A stretch of DNA of 52,466 nt from Solirubrobacteraceae bacterium (GTDB lineage Bacteria > Actinomycetota > Thermoleophilia > Solirubrobacterales > Solirubrobacteraceae), in the NCBI GenBank assembly GCA_035997675.1, contig DASYIJ010000305.1:1-52466 (forward strand). Reading direction: 5' to 3'. Below, in pieces: positions 14,837-23,707 of the stretch. Both the position numbers and the translations under genes were made by a program. The first letter of the stretch is position 1. The number at the start of each line of letters is the position of its first letter. The notes under the pieces are model-generated. The model was not told where the DNA came from. It searched no databases and saw only the letters and a program-made list of their open reading frames with translations.

Positions 14837-17002
14837 TCACTGCGGAGGCCCGGCGGCCGTCTGGCCCTGGGCCCTGAGCAGGGCGGTCATCTCTTCCGGG
14901 GGCATGGGCCGCGCGAAGTAGAAGCCCTGGAGCACGTGGCAACCGAGCTCGCGGAGGCGACGGCCCTCCCCTTCGGTCTCGACCCCCTCGGCCACCACGG
15001 TCATCCCGAGGGCCCGGGCCATCTGGACCACGGCGCCGACGATCTGCTGGTCGACGCTGCTCTCCTCGAGTCCGTGGACGAAGGCGCGATCGAGCTTGAC
15101 CGCGTCCAGCGGCAGCCGTTTGAGGTAGCTCAGCGAGGAGTAGCCGGTCCCGAAGTCGTCGAGGAAGACGCGAGCGCCGAGCGCGTTGAGTCGGTCGAGC
15201 ATCTCGACCGCCGCGCAGGTCTCGTCGAGGAGAACGCTCTCCGTGATCTCCACCGCGAGCCGCGCCGGATCGAGTCCGCTCGAGGCCAGCGCTTCGGCGA
15301 CCATCGCGGGGGCGTCGTCCTCGAGCAGCTGCTGTGCGCTGACATTCACGGAGACCCGGTAAGGACGTCCTCGGCACACGCCGGCTTGCCACGCCGCGGC
15401 CTGGGTGCAGGCTCGCTCGACAACCCAGCGCCCTATCGGGACGATCAGTCCGGTCTCCTCGGCCAGGGGGAGGAACTCCGCCGGGGAGAGCAGCCCGCGC
15501 TCGGGATGGTGCCATCGGAGCAGGGCCTCGGCACCGATCCACCGGTGGTCCGCCGCCGAGACCAGCGGCTGGTAGTCCAGGGTGAACTGGTCGTCCTCGA
15601 GCGCCCCGCGGAGCCGGTTCTCCTCACGGAGGCGACCGGCCACGCGCGCGTGCATCGCGGGGTCGAAGAGCTCGAAGTGCCCGCGCCCACGGTCCTTGGC
15701 GCGTTGGCGCGCGGTGGTGGCGTCGCGGATCAACGACTCGGCATCGGCATCAGCGCGGGAGACGGCGATGCCCACGCTGGTCGTCAGGAAGATGGGGTCT
15801 GCGGCGCTCGTAAACGGCTCCGCCAGCGCCTCGACGATTCGCTCGGCCACGGCGACGGCGTCGCGCTCGCGACCGACGTTCTCGCAGATCACGACGAATT
15901 CGTCGGCGCCGAGGCGGGCCAGTCCTTCGTCGCCGGTGCGCGCCAAGGTGTCACTCGCGCGCACGATCGCCCGCAGCCGTTCGACCACCTCACGCAGGAT
16001 CTCGTCTCCAACCGCGTGGCTGAAGCTCTCGTTGACGAGCCTGAAGTGGTCCAGGTCGACGGCCAGCGCAGCAACGCTGCTCTCCTGGCGCTCGCTCAGG
16101 GAGAGCGCATGACCAAGTCGGTCGAGCAGGAGCGCGCGGTTCGGCAGGCCGGTGAGCTCGTCGTGGAGCCGCTGGTAGGCGAGCCGGTCGGCGGCGCGCC
16201 GGCGGTCGCGGGCCGCCTGCTCGTGGTCGCTCAGATCGCGCACGAAGATCTGAACCAGATGACTGCTGCCGGCAGCGACGCGGGAGACCGTGAGCTCCGC
16301 CGGGATCCGGCGCCGCCCCCGATCTGACAACGCGAGTCGGAAGGTGCGGGAAATGGGGTGCCCGTTGCTTTGTCGTGACAGTGCGGTCACCTCCTCCTCA
16401 TAGGCACCGCATGCCTCCGCATCGACGACGAGGTCGGCGAACCGGCATCCGAGGGCGTCGGCTCGCGACCAGCCCAGACGCGTCTGCGCCTCATGGTTCC
16501 AGTTGACGATCAGGCCCTCGGCATCGACGGCCACGAACGCTGCGTGCGCGCCGTCGAGAATGGTCTGCAGACGCCGCTCGCCCATCCAGAGCGTCCGCTC
16601 GGCCAGATTGGGCGCCTCCGGGGAGGCGGCGGTGGCGAGGCCGAGCCCTCCGGCCAACGCGGCGAGCAGGTTTCGCTCCTGCGGGTCGAACCGTTCGGCG
16701 CGCGAGACCACGAGGACGGTGGGTCCGGTGGGTTCGACCTCGCACGCCATCACGCACCCGTCATCGGTCGACGGGTCGGCCCCCGCACCGACCCGAGACA
16801 GCAGTTCGTCGCTGGCAGCCTCCTTGTCCACACCGACGGATGCCTGCACGACCCCCGCGCGGATCACGGCCGCGCAGTCGGCGCGCAGCAACCCCACGGC
16901 GGTTGTCACCGCACAACTTCCGGCCGCCTCGGGCGCGCCGGCGGTCAGCGCGCGAATAAACGCGGCGAGTTGCTCAGTGTGCTGGTCCACAAATGGGCTC
17001 AT
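14837..17002 (-). CDS. multidomain c-di-GMP signalling protein (N-terminal sensor/PAS - degenerate GGDEF - EAL)
   Basis: The GGDEF-domain signature reads RLGADEF (second Gly replaced by Ala). The EAL domain looks intact: EALLRW, EITES, DDFGTGYSSL, KLD, EGVE, QGFYF. Confidence 0.9.
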   Translation of the reverse strand: MSPFVDQHTEQLAAFIRALTAGAPEAAGSCAVTTAVGLLRADCAAVIRAGVVQASVGVDKEAASDELLSRVGAGADPSTDDGCVMACEVEPTGPTVLVVSRAERFDPQERNLLAALAGGLGLATAASPEAPNLAERTLWMGERRLQTILDGAHAAFVAVDAEGLIVNWNHEAQTRLGWSRADALGCRFADLVVDAEACGAYEEEVTALSRQSNGHPISRTFRLALSDRGRRRIPAELTVSRVAAGSSHLVQIFVRDLSDHEQAARDRRRAADRLAYQRLHDELTGLPNRALLLDRLGHALSLSERQESSVAALAVDLDHFRLVNESFSHAVGDEILREVVERLRAIVRASDTLARTGDEGLARLGADEFVVICENVGRERDAVAVAERIVEALAEPFTSAADPIFLTTSVGIAVSRADADAESLIRDATTARQRAKDRGRGHFELFDPAMHARVAGRLREENRLRGALEDDQFTLDYQPLVSAADHRWIGAEALLRWHHPERGLLSPAEFLPLAEETGLIVPIGRWVVERACTQAAAWQAGVCRGRPYRVSVNVSAQQLLEDDAPAMVAEALASSGLDPARLAVEITESVLLDETCAAVEMLDRLNALGARVFLDDFGTGYSSLSYLKRLPLDAVKLDRAFVHGLEESSVDQQIVGAVVQMARALGMTVVAEGVETEGEGRRLRELGCHVLQGFYFARPMPPEEMTALLRAQGQTAAGPPQ

Positions 17003-17251
17003 CGGACCGACGGCTCGAGGCGAGCCGGACGGTTAGGTATCGACCATTCGACGGGCTGGGGCGATCCCCGATTCGTGTGATGCCGATCTACACCGAGCGC
17101 CGATTAGCGCGGACGACCAGCCGTCAAACATGCGTCCACTTTTTTGGACTTTGTCGATGCAGGAGCCGTGCCGCTGCCGATAAACCGGGAGCCACGTGCG
17201 TCCGGACGCGTGCGGGCAACCGCTCCCGACGCCCACGGGCAAGGAGGTCCG

Positions 17252-17608
17252 ATGAGCGCCTTCAGCATCACCACGGAGATCATCGACGACGAGGTCGCCG
17301 CCGTCGCCGTGACCGGCTACGTCGACTTCGACGCCGCACCGGCCCTCAAGGACAGCCTGGTCCATTGCATCGAAGCCGGCAGCCGCCGCTTGGTCGTCGA
17401 CCTCGGACAGGCCGGCTTCATCGACTCCACCGCGATCGGCGTCCTGGTCGGTGCGCTGAAGCGCCTGGAGGAGTCGGGCGGGGCGCTGGTCGTGGTCTGC
17501 ACCAACGAGCACGTGGCGAGCATCTTCGAGCTGGTCGGACTGGACGAGGTCATCAGCCTCCACCCCTCGCGGGACGATGCGATCGCCGCATTCGCCCGAG
17601 CCGCTTGA
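17252..17608 (+). CDS. STAS-domain anti-sigma-factor antagonist (RsbV/SpoIIAA-like)
   Basis: ATG 17252 is preceded by AAGGAGG (17241-17247). Translation VDLGQAGFIDSTAIGVLVGALKR carries the phosphorylatable-Ser context (DST). 118 aa. Confidence 0.88.
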   Translation: MSAFSITTEIIDDEVAAVAVTGYVDFDAAPALKDSLVHCIEAGSRRLVVDLGQAGFIDSTAIGVLVGALKRLEESGGALVVVCTNEHVASIFELVGLDEVISLHPSRDDAIAAFARAA

Positions 17609-18059
17609 GGCCGGCACCGCGGTAGCGGCCCCCGTCGGCGCCCTGCCGCGGGAGTTCCGTCTACCAGCGGTGCCCGCCCAGCTGGTGATCGCCCGCGGAC
17701 ACGTGGAGCGCGCCGCGCTGGCCATGGGCTTCGACGAGCGGGCCACCTACGAGATCGTGTTCGCGGTCAACGAGGCGGTGACGAATGCCGTCCAGCACGG
17801 CAGCGCCGACCACGCCGGGACGATCGGCCTGTTCATCGAGCCCGGCGACGACGGCCTCACGGTTGTCGTATCGGACTCGGGCTCGTTCGTTCCCTCCCCG
17901 GCCGACTGCGCTCCGACGTCCGAGCAGGGACGCGGTCTCGTCTTGATGTCGCAACTGATGGACCAGGTCGACCTCTTCCCATGCGCGGAGGGAACGGTGG
18001 TGCGGTTGCACAGGGACCGAAACGGCGCATCCGCAATCGGCGGTGACCGGGGTGCCTAG
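17577..18059 (+). CDS. RsbW/SpoIIAB-like serine kinase (HATPase_c anti-sigma-type)
   Basis: N-box NEAVTNAVQHG and G-boxes DSGSF and GRGLVLM. 17577 is the only in-frame canonical start and overlaps the STAS gene by 32 nt. Confidence 0.8.
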   Translation: MRSPHSPEPLEAGTAVAAPVGALPREFRLPAVPAQLVIARGHVERAALAMGFDERATYEIVFAVNEAVTNAVQHGSADHAGTIGLFIEPGDDGLTVVVSDSGSFVPSPADCAPTSEQGRGLVLMSQLMDQVDLFPCAEGTVVRLHRDRNGASAIGGDRGA

Positions 18060-19707
18060 CTGCTCGGGTCCAGCCCGTCGCGCCATGGTGGCATCGCTGC
18101 TCGCGGTCGGTGCTCTGGCAACGGCGGCGCCGGCCGGCGCTCTCACCGTCGATCCGCAGAAGCTCGGGGACTCGTTGGGGCTCCCGCCGCTCCCCGTCGC
18201 GCCCGCCCTGCCCGTCGTCGACGTTCCCATCCCTCCGATCCAGGTGCCGGCGCCCGCGGCGCCGGCGGCGCCCCCGAGTTCCGGCGCCTCGACGTCCGGC
18301 ACCAACGCGGGCACCGCGGCCTCGACTCCGGGGGCGGCGTCGACTCCGGGGCCCGCCGCTCCCGGTCAAACCGAGCGCACCGTCGGTTCAAGCTCGGGCG
18401 GCGCGCGGGCCTCTTCGTCCCAGCCTCGCGCGGCCCGTCGTTCCGCGATCGGGGCCCCTACGACTGCTCCCGACCCTTCGAGGTCCGCGGTCGCCACCGT
18501 CGCCGGTTCGAAGCACGGGACGGCTCACGTCGCGGCCGGCGCGCCGAGCAACCCGCTGGACGCGATCGTCGCCAGCCTTCCCCTCCCGGACTGGAGCAAG
18601 CCGATCATCCTGGCCCTGCTGTTGATCGCGCTCGCCCTCGGCGTCCGGTCCCAGATGGTGGGGCGCCGCGCCCGTCGCCTCGCCGCGCAGCGCGTCGCGC
18701 TGGCCCGGGACGTGGACGCGATGCAGGCGGCGCTTGCCCCCGAGGTCCCCGCTCGAAGCGGGCCACTCGAGGTGTCGGTCGCCTATCGGCCCGCCGATGG
18801 GCCGGCCGCCGGCGGCGACTTCTACGACGTGTTTCGCCTGGACGAGACTCGCGTCGCCGTCGTCGTGGGTGACGTCTCCGGTCACGGTCGCGCGGCTCTT
18901 GCCCGTGCCGCCCAGACGCGTTTCACGCTGCGCGCCTATCTCGAGCTGGGCATGGCGCCGCGCGTCGCCCTGGCCGTCACCGGTCGGCGCCCGTCCGGGG
19001 ATCAGGACGAGTTCGCGACCGTCGCGGTGGGAATCTACGACGCGGCGTCGGGGACGCTCACATACGCCACGGCGGGACATCCGCCCCCGATCGTGCTCGG
19101 TTTGAGCGACTTCACGCCGGTCACCGCCTGCGCGTCGGTGCCTCTGGGCTGGGGGATGCCGACCGGTCGTCGCCAGACCACGCTGGCGTTGCCGGCCCAT
19201 GCCATCGCCTGCTTCTACAGCGATGGCCTGGTCGAGGCACGCATCCGCGGAGAGCTGCTCGGGCGCGGTCGAGTCGTCGAGATGCTGGCCGAGCTCGGCC
19301 CCTCCCCGCAGGCCACGATGCTGCTCGAGCGTCTGCGCGAGGTGGCGGACGAGGCACGGGACGACATGGCGGCCTGTGTGATCCGGACGACCACCGCCGC
19401 AACCGAAGCCATGCGCGTCGAGGAGATCGAGCTCGACGGTCGCCAGCTGAACGCCGGCCGTGGCGAGCGGTTCCTGCGCGCCTGCGACGTGGCCGCTGAC
19501 GACATCGTTCGGGCGCTGGAGCGGGCGCGAGGCATCGTCGGCGAGTTCGGAACCGCCGTCGTCCGTGTGAGCTTCGACCGGAGCCGGCGCGGTGTGATCG
19601 TCGAGCCGCCCGTGCGCGACGTCCCCACCGCGTCCCGGCCGGGCGAGATCGCCGGCGCGGCGCTCGCCGCCGCTTCGGGCCGGCCGGTGCCGGTCGCGGC
19701 CGGCTAA
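18043..19707 (+). CDS. membrane-anchored PP2C/SpoIIE-family phosphatase (RsbU-like) with a low-complexity N-terminal region and an uncharacterised C-terminal extension
   Basis: Signal-like N-terminus, a Pro/Ala/Ser-rich stretch, and a TM segment (KPIILALLLIALALGV). SpoIIE motifs: GGDFYDV, VGDVSGHG, ATAGHPPP. The start is uncertain (GTG 18043 or ATG about 18085). Confidence 0.85.
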   Translation: MTGVPSCSGPARRAMVASLLAVGALATAAPAGALTVDPQKLGDSLGLPPLPVAPALPVVDVPIPPIQVPAPAAPAAPPSSGASTSGTNAGTAASTPGAASTPGPAAPGQTERTVGSSSGGARASSSQPRAARRSAIGAPTTAPDPSRSAVATVAGSKHGTAHVAAGAPSNPLDAIVASLPLPDWSKPIILALLLIALALGVRSQMVGRRARRLAAQRVALARDVDAMQAALAPEVPARSGPLEVSVAYRPADGPAAGGDFYDVFRLDETRVAVVVGDVSGHGRAALARAAQTRFTLRAYLELGMAPRVALAVTGRRPSGDQDEFATVAVGIYDAASGTLTYATAGHPPPIVLGLSDFTPVTACASVPLGWGMPTGRRQTTLALPAHAIACFYSDGLVEARIRGELLGRGRVVEMLAELGPSPQATMLLERLREVADEARDDMAACVIRTTTAATEAMRVEEIELDGRQLNAGRGERFLRACDVAADDIVRALERARGIVGEFGTAVVRVSFDRSRRGVIVEPPVRDVPTASRPGEIAGAALAAASGRPVPVAAG

Positions 19708-19723
19708 CGCCCGGCATCCGTCA

Positions 19724-19763
19724 CAACGGTTGGGCCGGACGCCGCGGGTCCGCCGAGCCGTTG
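19724..19763. terminator. GC-rich hairpin between the phosphatase gene and the convergent tRNA (possible bidirectional terminator)
   Basis: CAACGG...CCGTTG are the outer arms and CGGAC-gccgcgg-GTCCG is the inner stem. There is no clear U-tract. Confidence 0.4.
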
Positions 19764-19774
19764 CAACAAGAGAG

Positions 19775-19847
19775 AGCCGGAGGTCGGACTCGAACCGACG
19801 ACCTGCCGCTTACAAGGCGGCTGCTCTACCAGCTGAGCTACTCCGGC
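19775..19847 (-). tRNA. tRNA-Thr (anticodon UGU)
   Basis: I folded the reverse complement by hand. Acceptor GCCGGAG/CUCCGGC, D-stem GCUC/GAGC, anticodon stem GCCGC/GCGGC with loop CUUGUAA, T-arm GUCGG-UUCGAGU-CCGAC. 73 nt, CCA not encoded. Confidence 0.9.
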
Positions 19848-19875
19848 GCCGGGCGCCGAGTCTACGCTCGCCGGA

Positions 19876-20430
19876 TCAGGCCTCGCCGGCGGCGCCGGCG
19901 GCGGCTGCCTGCTCGAGTGAGCCGTGGCCGTTGGGTGAGACGTAGGCCTCGTACGCCGGGGGCAGCTCCTCGTCGGACCGGTTCAGCCGCCGCTCGATCT
20001 CGCCGAACACGACGCCGAAGAGCAGGTGGCGCCAGGTCGACTGGGCGAGCGCGCGGCCGTTGCCGGTCAACGCGGGCAGGTCGTCCCGGCGCGGGTGGTA
20101 GCGGTCGGAGAAATACCCGAGCGGCCAGGCGGCGAAGTTCTGCGTCAGCGCGGCCAGGGGGCCGCGGGCCCACGGGGGGAGCGGGAAGGTCACGCGCTGG
20201 CCGGCGAGCGCGAACGCGGCGCCGAACGTGGCGCCCGCGGCGAGATGCGCGGCGAGGCCGGCGGGGTACCAGAGCCGGTGATCGCCGACGACGGCCTTGC
20301 CGAGCAGCTCGACGTCGTCGTAGGAGCTGTCGAACACGCGCTTGTCGAGCGGCATCTGGGCCGCCCACACGCCCGCGGCCACGACGCCCGCCGCGGCGCC
20401 GCGTGAGGTGGCTGTCCAGTCGATTGCCAT
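19876..20430 (-). CDS. hypothetical protein (probable membrane protein)
   Basis: ATG 20430 (MAIDWTATSRGAAAGVVAAGVWAAQ...). G/C-rich third positions and hydrophobic segments. I recognise no family. Confidence 0.55.
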   Translation of the reverse strand: MAIDWTATSRGAAAGVVAAGVWAAQMPLDKRVFDSSYDDVELLGKAVVGDHRLWYPAGLAAHLAAGATFGAAFALAGQRVTFPLPPWARGPLAALTQNFAAWPLGYFSDRYHPRRDDLPALTGNGRALAQSTWRHLLFGVVFGEIERRLNRSDEELPPAYEAYVSPNGHGSLEQAAAAGAAGEA

Positions 20431-20478
20431 GACGTCGCAACTGTAACGAGGCCGACCGCCCGGGGTTGGGTCAGGCAC

Positions 20479-22146
20479 ATGGATTCGGCGGTCGCCACGA
20501 GGCTCCACGCGCGCGCGCGCGAGCGCGGGGTCAACCCGTACGTGTACTGGCTAGTGCGCGCGATCCTGCAGCCGTTCTTCCATCTCTACTTCCGGCTCAG
20601 CCGGATCGGGCGCGAGCACGTTCCTGACGACGGGCCGGTGATCTTCGCCGCCAACCATCGCTCGTTCCTCGACCCGTTCGTGATCGGGACGCTGGTGCGC
20701 CGGCCCGTGTATTACGTGGCCAAGAAGGAGCTCTTCGCCCGCCGCTGGCAGGCCTGGATCCTCAACGCGCTCGGCGCCTTCCCGGTCGATCGTGGGGCCT
20801 CCGACGAGGAGATGATGCGCACCGCGCGGGCGATCCTCGACCGCGGCGACTGCGTCGTGATCTTTCCCGAGGGCACGCGCATCCGCCCCGGCGGGCTCGG
20901 CCATCCCAAGCGCGGTGTCGGCCGGCTGGCGCTCGAGTCCGGCGCGCCGATCGTTCCGGTCGCCGTCATCGGCACCGAGACGATCCGTCGCGGTTGGCGC
21001 ATCCGCCCCCACAAGGTCCGCATCCGCTGCGGGCGCCCGCTCAACTTCCCGTACGTCGCCGAGCCCTCGCGGGCGCTGGCGGCCGCCGTGACCGAGCGCA
21101 TCTGGCCCTGCGTGATGCTGCAGTGGGAGTGGCTGGGCGGGATCCCGCCGCTGCGCCGCGCCGCCGTGGTCGGGGGCGGATCGTGGGGGACCGCGCTCGC
21201 AGTCATGTTGGCGCGCGCCGGCATCGAGGTGCAGCTCGGATGCCGCACGAGCGAGCAGGCCGACGCAATCGCGCGCTGCGGCGAGAACGATCGCTACCTC
21301 CCGGGCATCCGACTGCCGGAGACGGTCTCCGTTCGACCGGCCGCCGAGCTCGACCTCGGGGGCGCCGACCTCGTCTGCCTCGCCGTGCCCGCGCGCGACC
21401 TGCCCGCCGCCCTCGCCGAGCACGGAAGCCGAGTGCCCTCCCGCGCCAACGTCCTGGTCGCGGCCAAGGGGCTCGTGCCACCGCTGGGCACGCTCCCGAC
21501 CGCGTACGTCGCCGAACGCGTGACCGCGAAGGCGGTCGGCTGCATCGGCGGCCCGGCGCACGCCCGCGACGCGCTCGGCGAGGGGGCCTCACTCGTGGTC
21601 GCCTCGGTCGACGAGGCGTACGCCCAACTGCTCGGCGACGCGTTGAACGGCGCCGGCTTCGACGTGCACCGCACGAGCGACCTGACCGGCGTCGAGCTGG
21701 CCGGCTGCGCGAAGAACGCCGCGGCGCTCGCGGCGGCCGCCGCCGCGCCCGCTGGGCCCAACGTCGCCGGGGCCGCCGCCGGCAAGGTGTTCGCCGAGGT
21801 CGAGGGGCTGGCGCGCCGGCGCGGCGCGCGCCCCGAGACGTTCGCCGGACTGGCCGGGACAGGCGATCTCATCGCCACGGTGATGGCCGCCGACGGCCGA
21901 AGCCGGCGCGCGGGGGAGCTGCTCGCCGCCGGGGTGCCCGCGGCCGAGGTCACGCCGATCCTGGCCCAGACCGCGGAGGCGGTCGACGCCGTGCCGCTGC
22001 TCGCCGGCGTGCTGCGCGCCGAAGGCCTGCAGGCCCCCGCGGTCGCCGGCCTGGCCGAGCTGATCGCGGGGCGGATCGAACCCGAGACCTGGTCGGCGGC
22101 CATCACGGCGCCGGGCGCCAAGCCGCGAAAGGCCCGGGCGGCGTGA
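20479..22146 (+). CDS. plsC/gpsA: fusion protein: PlsC-type 1-acyl-sn-glycerol-3-phosphate acyltransferase (N-terminal) + NAD(P)H-dependent glycerol-3-phosphate dehydrogenase GpsA (C-terminal)
   Basis: A single uninterrupted frame. PlsC motifs are ANHRSFLDP (HX4D) and FPEGTR. From about aa 225 it reads as GpsA: VVGGGSWGTALA, AKG, GGPAHA, CAKNAAALAAA. Confidence 0.88.
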   Translation: MDSAVATRLHARARERGVNPYVYWLVRAILQPFFHLYFRLSRIGREHVPDDGPVIFAANHRSFLDPFVIGTLVRRPVYYVAKKELFARRWQAWILNALGAFPVDRGASDEEMMRTARAILDRGDCVVIFPEGTRIRPGGLGHPKRGVGRLALESGAPIVPVAVIGTETIRRGWRIRPHKVRIRCGRPLNFPYVAEPSRALAAAVTERIWPCVMLQWEWLGGIPPLRRAAVVGGGSWGTALAVMLARAGIEVQLGCRTSEQADAIARCGENDRYLPGIRLPETVSVRPAAELDLGGADLVCLAVPARDLPAALAEHGSRVPSRANVLVAAKGLVPPLGTLPTAYVAERVTAKAVGCIGGPAHARDALGEGASLVVASVDEAYAQLLGDALNGAGFDVHRTSDLTGVELAGCAKNAAALAAAAAAPAGPNVAGAAAGKVFAEVEGLARRRGARPETFAGLAGTGDLIATVMAADGRSRRAGELLAAGVPAAEVTPILAQTAEAVDAVPLLAGVLRAEGLQAPAVAGLAELIAGRIEPETWSAAITAPGAKPRKARAA

Positions 22147-22171
22147 CCGAGAGGAAGTAGCCTCTTCATGC

Positions 22172-22717
22172 GTGGCCACCACGGAGAAAACCAAGGCGCA
22201 GCTCGACGCGGAATTCTCCGAGCTCTACCGGGCTCATCTGCGCGACGTGTACTCGTACTCGTACTACCGCGTGGGCAATCATCACGACGCGGAGGACCTG
22301 ACCGAGCAGACGTTCCTGCAGGCCTACCGGCACTTCGAGCGCGCGCAGCGCGAGTCCAACGGCCGCCCGCTGCGTCCCTGGCTCATCCGGATCGCGCACA
22401 ACCTCGCGGCGAACTTCTACCGCGACCGGTCGCGCAAGCCGCAGACCTCGATCGAGGACGCGGCCATCATCAGCGCGCCCCACGACACCGAGACGCTCGT
22501 CGAGGGGCGCGAGGAGTTGAAGGCCATCCTCGCGGGCGTGGAGAAGCTTCCGGACGACCGGCGCGAGGCGCTGATCATGCGCTTCGCCCTGGGCATGGAC
22601 AACCGCGAGATCGCGCGCGCGATGGGACGGACCGACGGTGCCACGAAGGTCCTCATCCACCGCGCCATCCGGCAGTTGGAGGAGATCGTGAAGACGTCTG
22701 ACGAGGAGGGTTCGTGA
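22172..22717 (+). CDS. ECF (sigma-70 group 4) sigma factor
   Basis: Region 2: DAEDLTEQTFLQAY...IRIAHNLAANFYRD. Region 4: REALIMRFALGMDNREIARAMGRTDGATKVLIHRAIRQL. Confidence 0.88.
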   Translation: MATTEKTKAQLDAEFSELYRAHLRDVYSYSYYRVGNHHDAEDLTEQTFLQAYRHFERAQRESNGRPLRPWLIRIAHNLAANFYRDRSRKPQTSIEDAAIISAPHDTETLVEGREELKAILAGVEKLPDDRREALIMRFALGMDNREIARAMGRTDGATKVLIHRAIRQLEEIVKTSDEEGS

Positions 22718-23055
22718 GCAACGCCGCCGACTTCGAGCTACTGCTCCGCCAAGCGCTGACTCCGGTCGATCCGCCCGCCGACATGCCCGAGCGCATCGAG
22801 GCGACGCTCGTCAACCTGACCGAGATGGCCGCCGACGAGCTCGAGGCCTGGGAGCTCTCGGCCATGCGCGATCCGCGCAATTGGGTCCGCCCCGCGGCGG
22901 CCGTCGTCGTCGGGACGACCGCCGGCGCGGCGCTCGTGGTGCTGCGCGCCCGCCAGCGCCGGCGGCGCGGCCGGCCCCACGCCGTGGTCGACGCGGCCGA
23001 GCAGGCCATCAAGGACGTCTACGGCGAGGCGCGCAAGTTCCTCCCGAAGCGCTGA
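22714..23055 (+). CDS. putative single-pass membrane protein, candidate cognate anti-sigma factor
   Basis: GTGA overlap with the ECF sigma stop. One TM segment (PAAAVVVGTTAGAALVVL) followed by RARQRRRRGR. No zf-HC2 motif. The call rests on position only. Confidence 0.5.
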   Translation: MSNAADFELLLRQALTPVDPPADMPERIEATLVNLTEMAADELEAWELSAMRDPRNWVRPAAAVVVGTTAGAALVVLRARQRRRRGRPHAVVDAAEQAIKDVYGEARKFLPKR

Positions 23056-23086
23056 TCGGCTGATCCGGCCCCGGCCGGCGGCCGTA

Positions 23087-23707
23087 ATGTCCGATGGCAT
23101 GTCACGCGCTCGCATCTCCGGGTCGTCCGGCGACTCCGGCCTGCACCGCCTGGCCGACGAGGATCTGATGCAGCTCTCCAGCCGCGGCGACGCCGCGGCC
23201 TTCCAGCTCATCTACGAACGCCACACCGACGCGGCGTATTCGCTCGCCTACCGCATGTGCGGCCGGCGCGGCGTCGCCGAGGACGTGACGCAGGAGGCGT
23301 TCCTGGCCCTGTGGCGCAGCGGCACGCGCTACGACCGGACCCGCGGCAGCGTGCGCACGTGGGTCCTGGGCATCGTGCACAACCGCGCGATCGACGCGCT
23401 CCGGCGCTCGCTCGTGCACGACCGCCGGCGCGCCAGCGACGAGGGTCTCGAGGAGCGCTTCGAGGCACGCGAGCGGACCGACGTCGAGGCGGCCCGGCGC
23501 GAGGAGGCGGCCTCGGTGCGCGCGGCGCTCGACGAGCTGCCCGCGGAGCAGCAGAAGGTGATCGAGCTGGCCTACTTCGGGGGCTTCACCCACTCGGAGA
23601 TCGCGGAGCTGCTGGACGCGCCGATCGGAACGATCAAGGGCCGCATGCGCCTGGGTCTGGAGAAGCTCCGCGGCAGCCTGGGCGGGATGCAGGAGGCGAT
23701 GTCGTGA
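23087..23707 (+). CDS. ECF sigma factor, SigK-like (paired with an RskA-type anti-sigma)
   Basis: Region 2: VAEDVTQEAFLALW...WVLGIVHNRAIDALR. Region 4: QQKVIELAYFGGFTHSEIAELLDAPIGTIKGRMRLGLEKLR. The start could be ATG 23099. Confidence 0.88.
   Translation: MSDGMSRARISGSSGDSGLHRLADEDLMQLSSRGDAAAFQLIYERHTDAAYSLAYRMCGRRGVAEDVTQEAFLALWRSGTRYDRTRGSVRTWVLGIVHNRAIDALRRSLVHDRRRASDEGLEERFEARERTDVEAARREEAASVRAALDELPAEQQKVIELAYFGGFTHSEIAELLDAPIGTIKGRMRLGLEKLRGSLGGMQEAMS

Noticed and set aside
19708-20478. tRNA-Thr as an integration hotspot or genomic-island boundary
   Set aside because: I find no integrase, no direct repeat of the tRNA 3' end, and no compositional shift in the flanking genes. The neighbouring genes are ordinary housekeeping and hypothetical genes.
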